Assembly (NCBI GenBank): GCA_903921205.1
Contig: CAIXPF010000032.1
Location: 2,710 to 66,709, forward strand
Source of the DNA: an uncultured Acidimicrobiia bacterium
GTDB lineage: Bacteria > Actinomycetota > Acidimicrobiia > Acidimicrobiales > CAIXPF01
Reading direction: 5' to 3'
DNA: 64,000 nt
Made by a program: the position numbers and the translations under genes. Under the pieces are notes generated by a model that saw nothing but the letters and a program-made list of their open reading frames with translations, was not told the origin of the DNA and did no database searches. Each line of letters begins with the position of its first letter. Positions within the stretch are counted from its first letter, which is position 1. Positions 63,420-64,000 of this stretch are shown piece by piece.

Positions 63420-63474
63420 AACTCATGAAAGTCCCTCGGCGGCCTCGCCGTCAACCTCTTTGCGGGGCGGCCCG

Positions 63475-63480
63475 TAGGCT
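63475..63480 (+). promoter_or_regulatory. -10 box TAGGCT, 9 nt before ATG 63490
   Basis: TANNNT, with slightly long spacing. Confidence 0.3.
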
Positions 63481-63489
63481 GCAACGACG

Positions 63490-64000
63490 ATGACGTCCCG
63501 ACCTGCGCCCCACCCCGGCCCCGAACGTGCCGCACCGACCGGGCAACCGGTGTTGGTCCTGCTGCACGGCCACGGCGACGAGCCGGACGCGTTCGCCGCA
63601 CACGGTCGGCGCCTCGTCGAGGACACGGCGTGGACCGTCGTCTGTCCTGCGGCGCCGCACGTACTGCCCGAGGGCGGACGGGCGTGGTGGACCGCCCAGG
63701 AGGACTCCCCCTCCGGGACGACCCTCGACGCGATCATGGCCTCGATGCCGCCGGGAACGACGGCCGTGTGCATCGCCGGCTTCTCCCAGGGCGGGGCCGC
63801 GGCACTGCGGTTGGGACAGCGCTGCACCGAGTTCTGGCCACAGGTTCGTTGTTCGGTGGCGGTGGTGTCGGCGTTCCTGCCCGGAGACGCCGTCGCCCTG
63901 CCGGCCGGCACGGCCGTGCTGGTGGTCCACGGCGACGGGGACGAGGTCGTGGATCCCTTCCACGGCGACCTCGTGGCGCGCCGGTTGCGCCGTCAGGACT
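63490..64000 (+). CDS. 5' part of a phospholipase/carboxylesterase-family alpha/beta hydrolase (partial, runs out of the window)
   Basis: This ORF is not in the track because it has no stop within the window. Sequence: MTSRPAPHPG...VLVLLHGHGDE...CIAGFSQGGAAAL...VLVVHGDGDEVVDP. An in-frame TAG lies at 63475-63477 just upstream. Confidence 0.7.
   Translation, partial: MTSRPAPHPGPERAAPTGQPVLVLLHGHGDEPDAFAAHGRRLVEDTAWTVVCPAAPHVLPEGGRAWWTAQEDSPSGTTLDAIMASMPPGTTAVCIAGFSQGGAAALRLGQRCTEFWPQVRCSVAVVSAFLPGDAVALPAGTAVLVVHGDGDEVVDPFHGDLVARRLRRQD

Noticed and set aside
1-64000. A mobile element, genomic island or defence locus (helicases HrpB and DinG-like, NYN nuclease fold, methyltransferases).
   Set aside because: These genes are dispersed among housekeeping genes and composition is uniform. 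There are no integrase, transposase or tRNA boundaries, no flanking direct repeats, and none of the helicase, nuclease or methylase genes are adjacent to one another.

Overview
By eye this is a roughly 70% GC, Actinomycetota-type chromosomal segment, densely coding on both strands. I call about 56 CDS, two of them cut by the window edges.

Content is housekeeping and catabolic:
- Core functions: ftsH, acnA, the run pgi / gnd-like / ppgK, deoD, hrpB, a DinG-like helicase, a group-2-like sigma-70 factor, a 1-Cys peroxiredoxin and a fused indolepyruvate:ferredoxin oxidoreductase.
- Acyl-CoA block 1 (29.1-34.0 kb): carboxyltransferase, crotonase, F420-type LLM oxidoreductase, SDR.
- Acyl-CoA block 2 (56.3-61.2 kb): crotonase, SCP-x-type thiolase, DUF35 protein, DUF4404 protein, MFS transporter, crotonase.
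- Assorted hydrolases, cupins and small zinc-ribbon proteins.

I found no rRNA, tRNA, transposase, integrase, prophage or CRISPR array, and no recognisable defence or mobile island. Most long ORFs in the six-frame track are antisense or upstream-extension artefacts of high GC. I trimmed starts using homology-like N-termini, Shine-Dalgarno sites and a recurrent TANNNT box.

Observations beyond plain gene calls:
1. TANNNT lies 5-9 nt upstream of 20 start codons, which implies widespread leaderless transcription. Ten gene pairs have 4-nt ATGA/GTGA start-stop overlaps.
2. A SAM-I-clan riboswitch candidate sits upstream of a Cys/Met PLP enzyme gene (about 63326-63419, minus strand).
3. Eight perfectly conserved CGAATCG heptamers form an array phased at 11 and 30 bp upstream of the carboxyltransferase gene.
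4. A 17-bp unit containing the gnd start codon is triplicated, creating two out-of-frame mini-uORFs.
5. An untracked 138-aa ORF with a (DGHD)x5 N-terminus lies directly upstream of a dimethylformamidase-large-subunit-like gene.
6. An NYN + 2xLOTUS protein carries a roughly 300-aa RGG-containing disordered tail and is preceded by a candidate leaderless 20-codon uORF.
7. A single-chain tandem family-III CoA-transferase appears to keep the catalytic Asp segment in only one half.
8. The sigma factor gene has a long hairpin-rich leader.

Nothing here convinces me of a wholly new multi-gene system. All functional interpretations are inference from sequence reading only.
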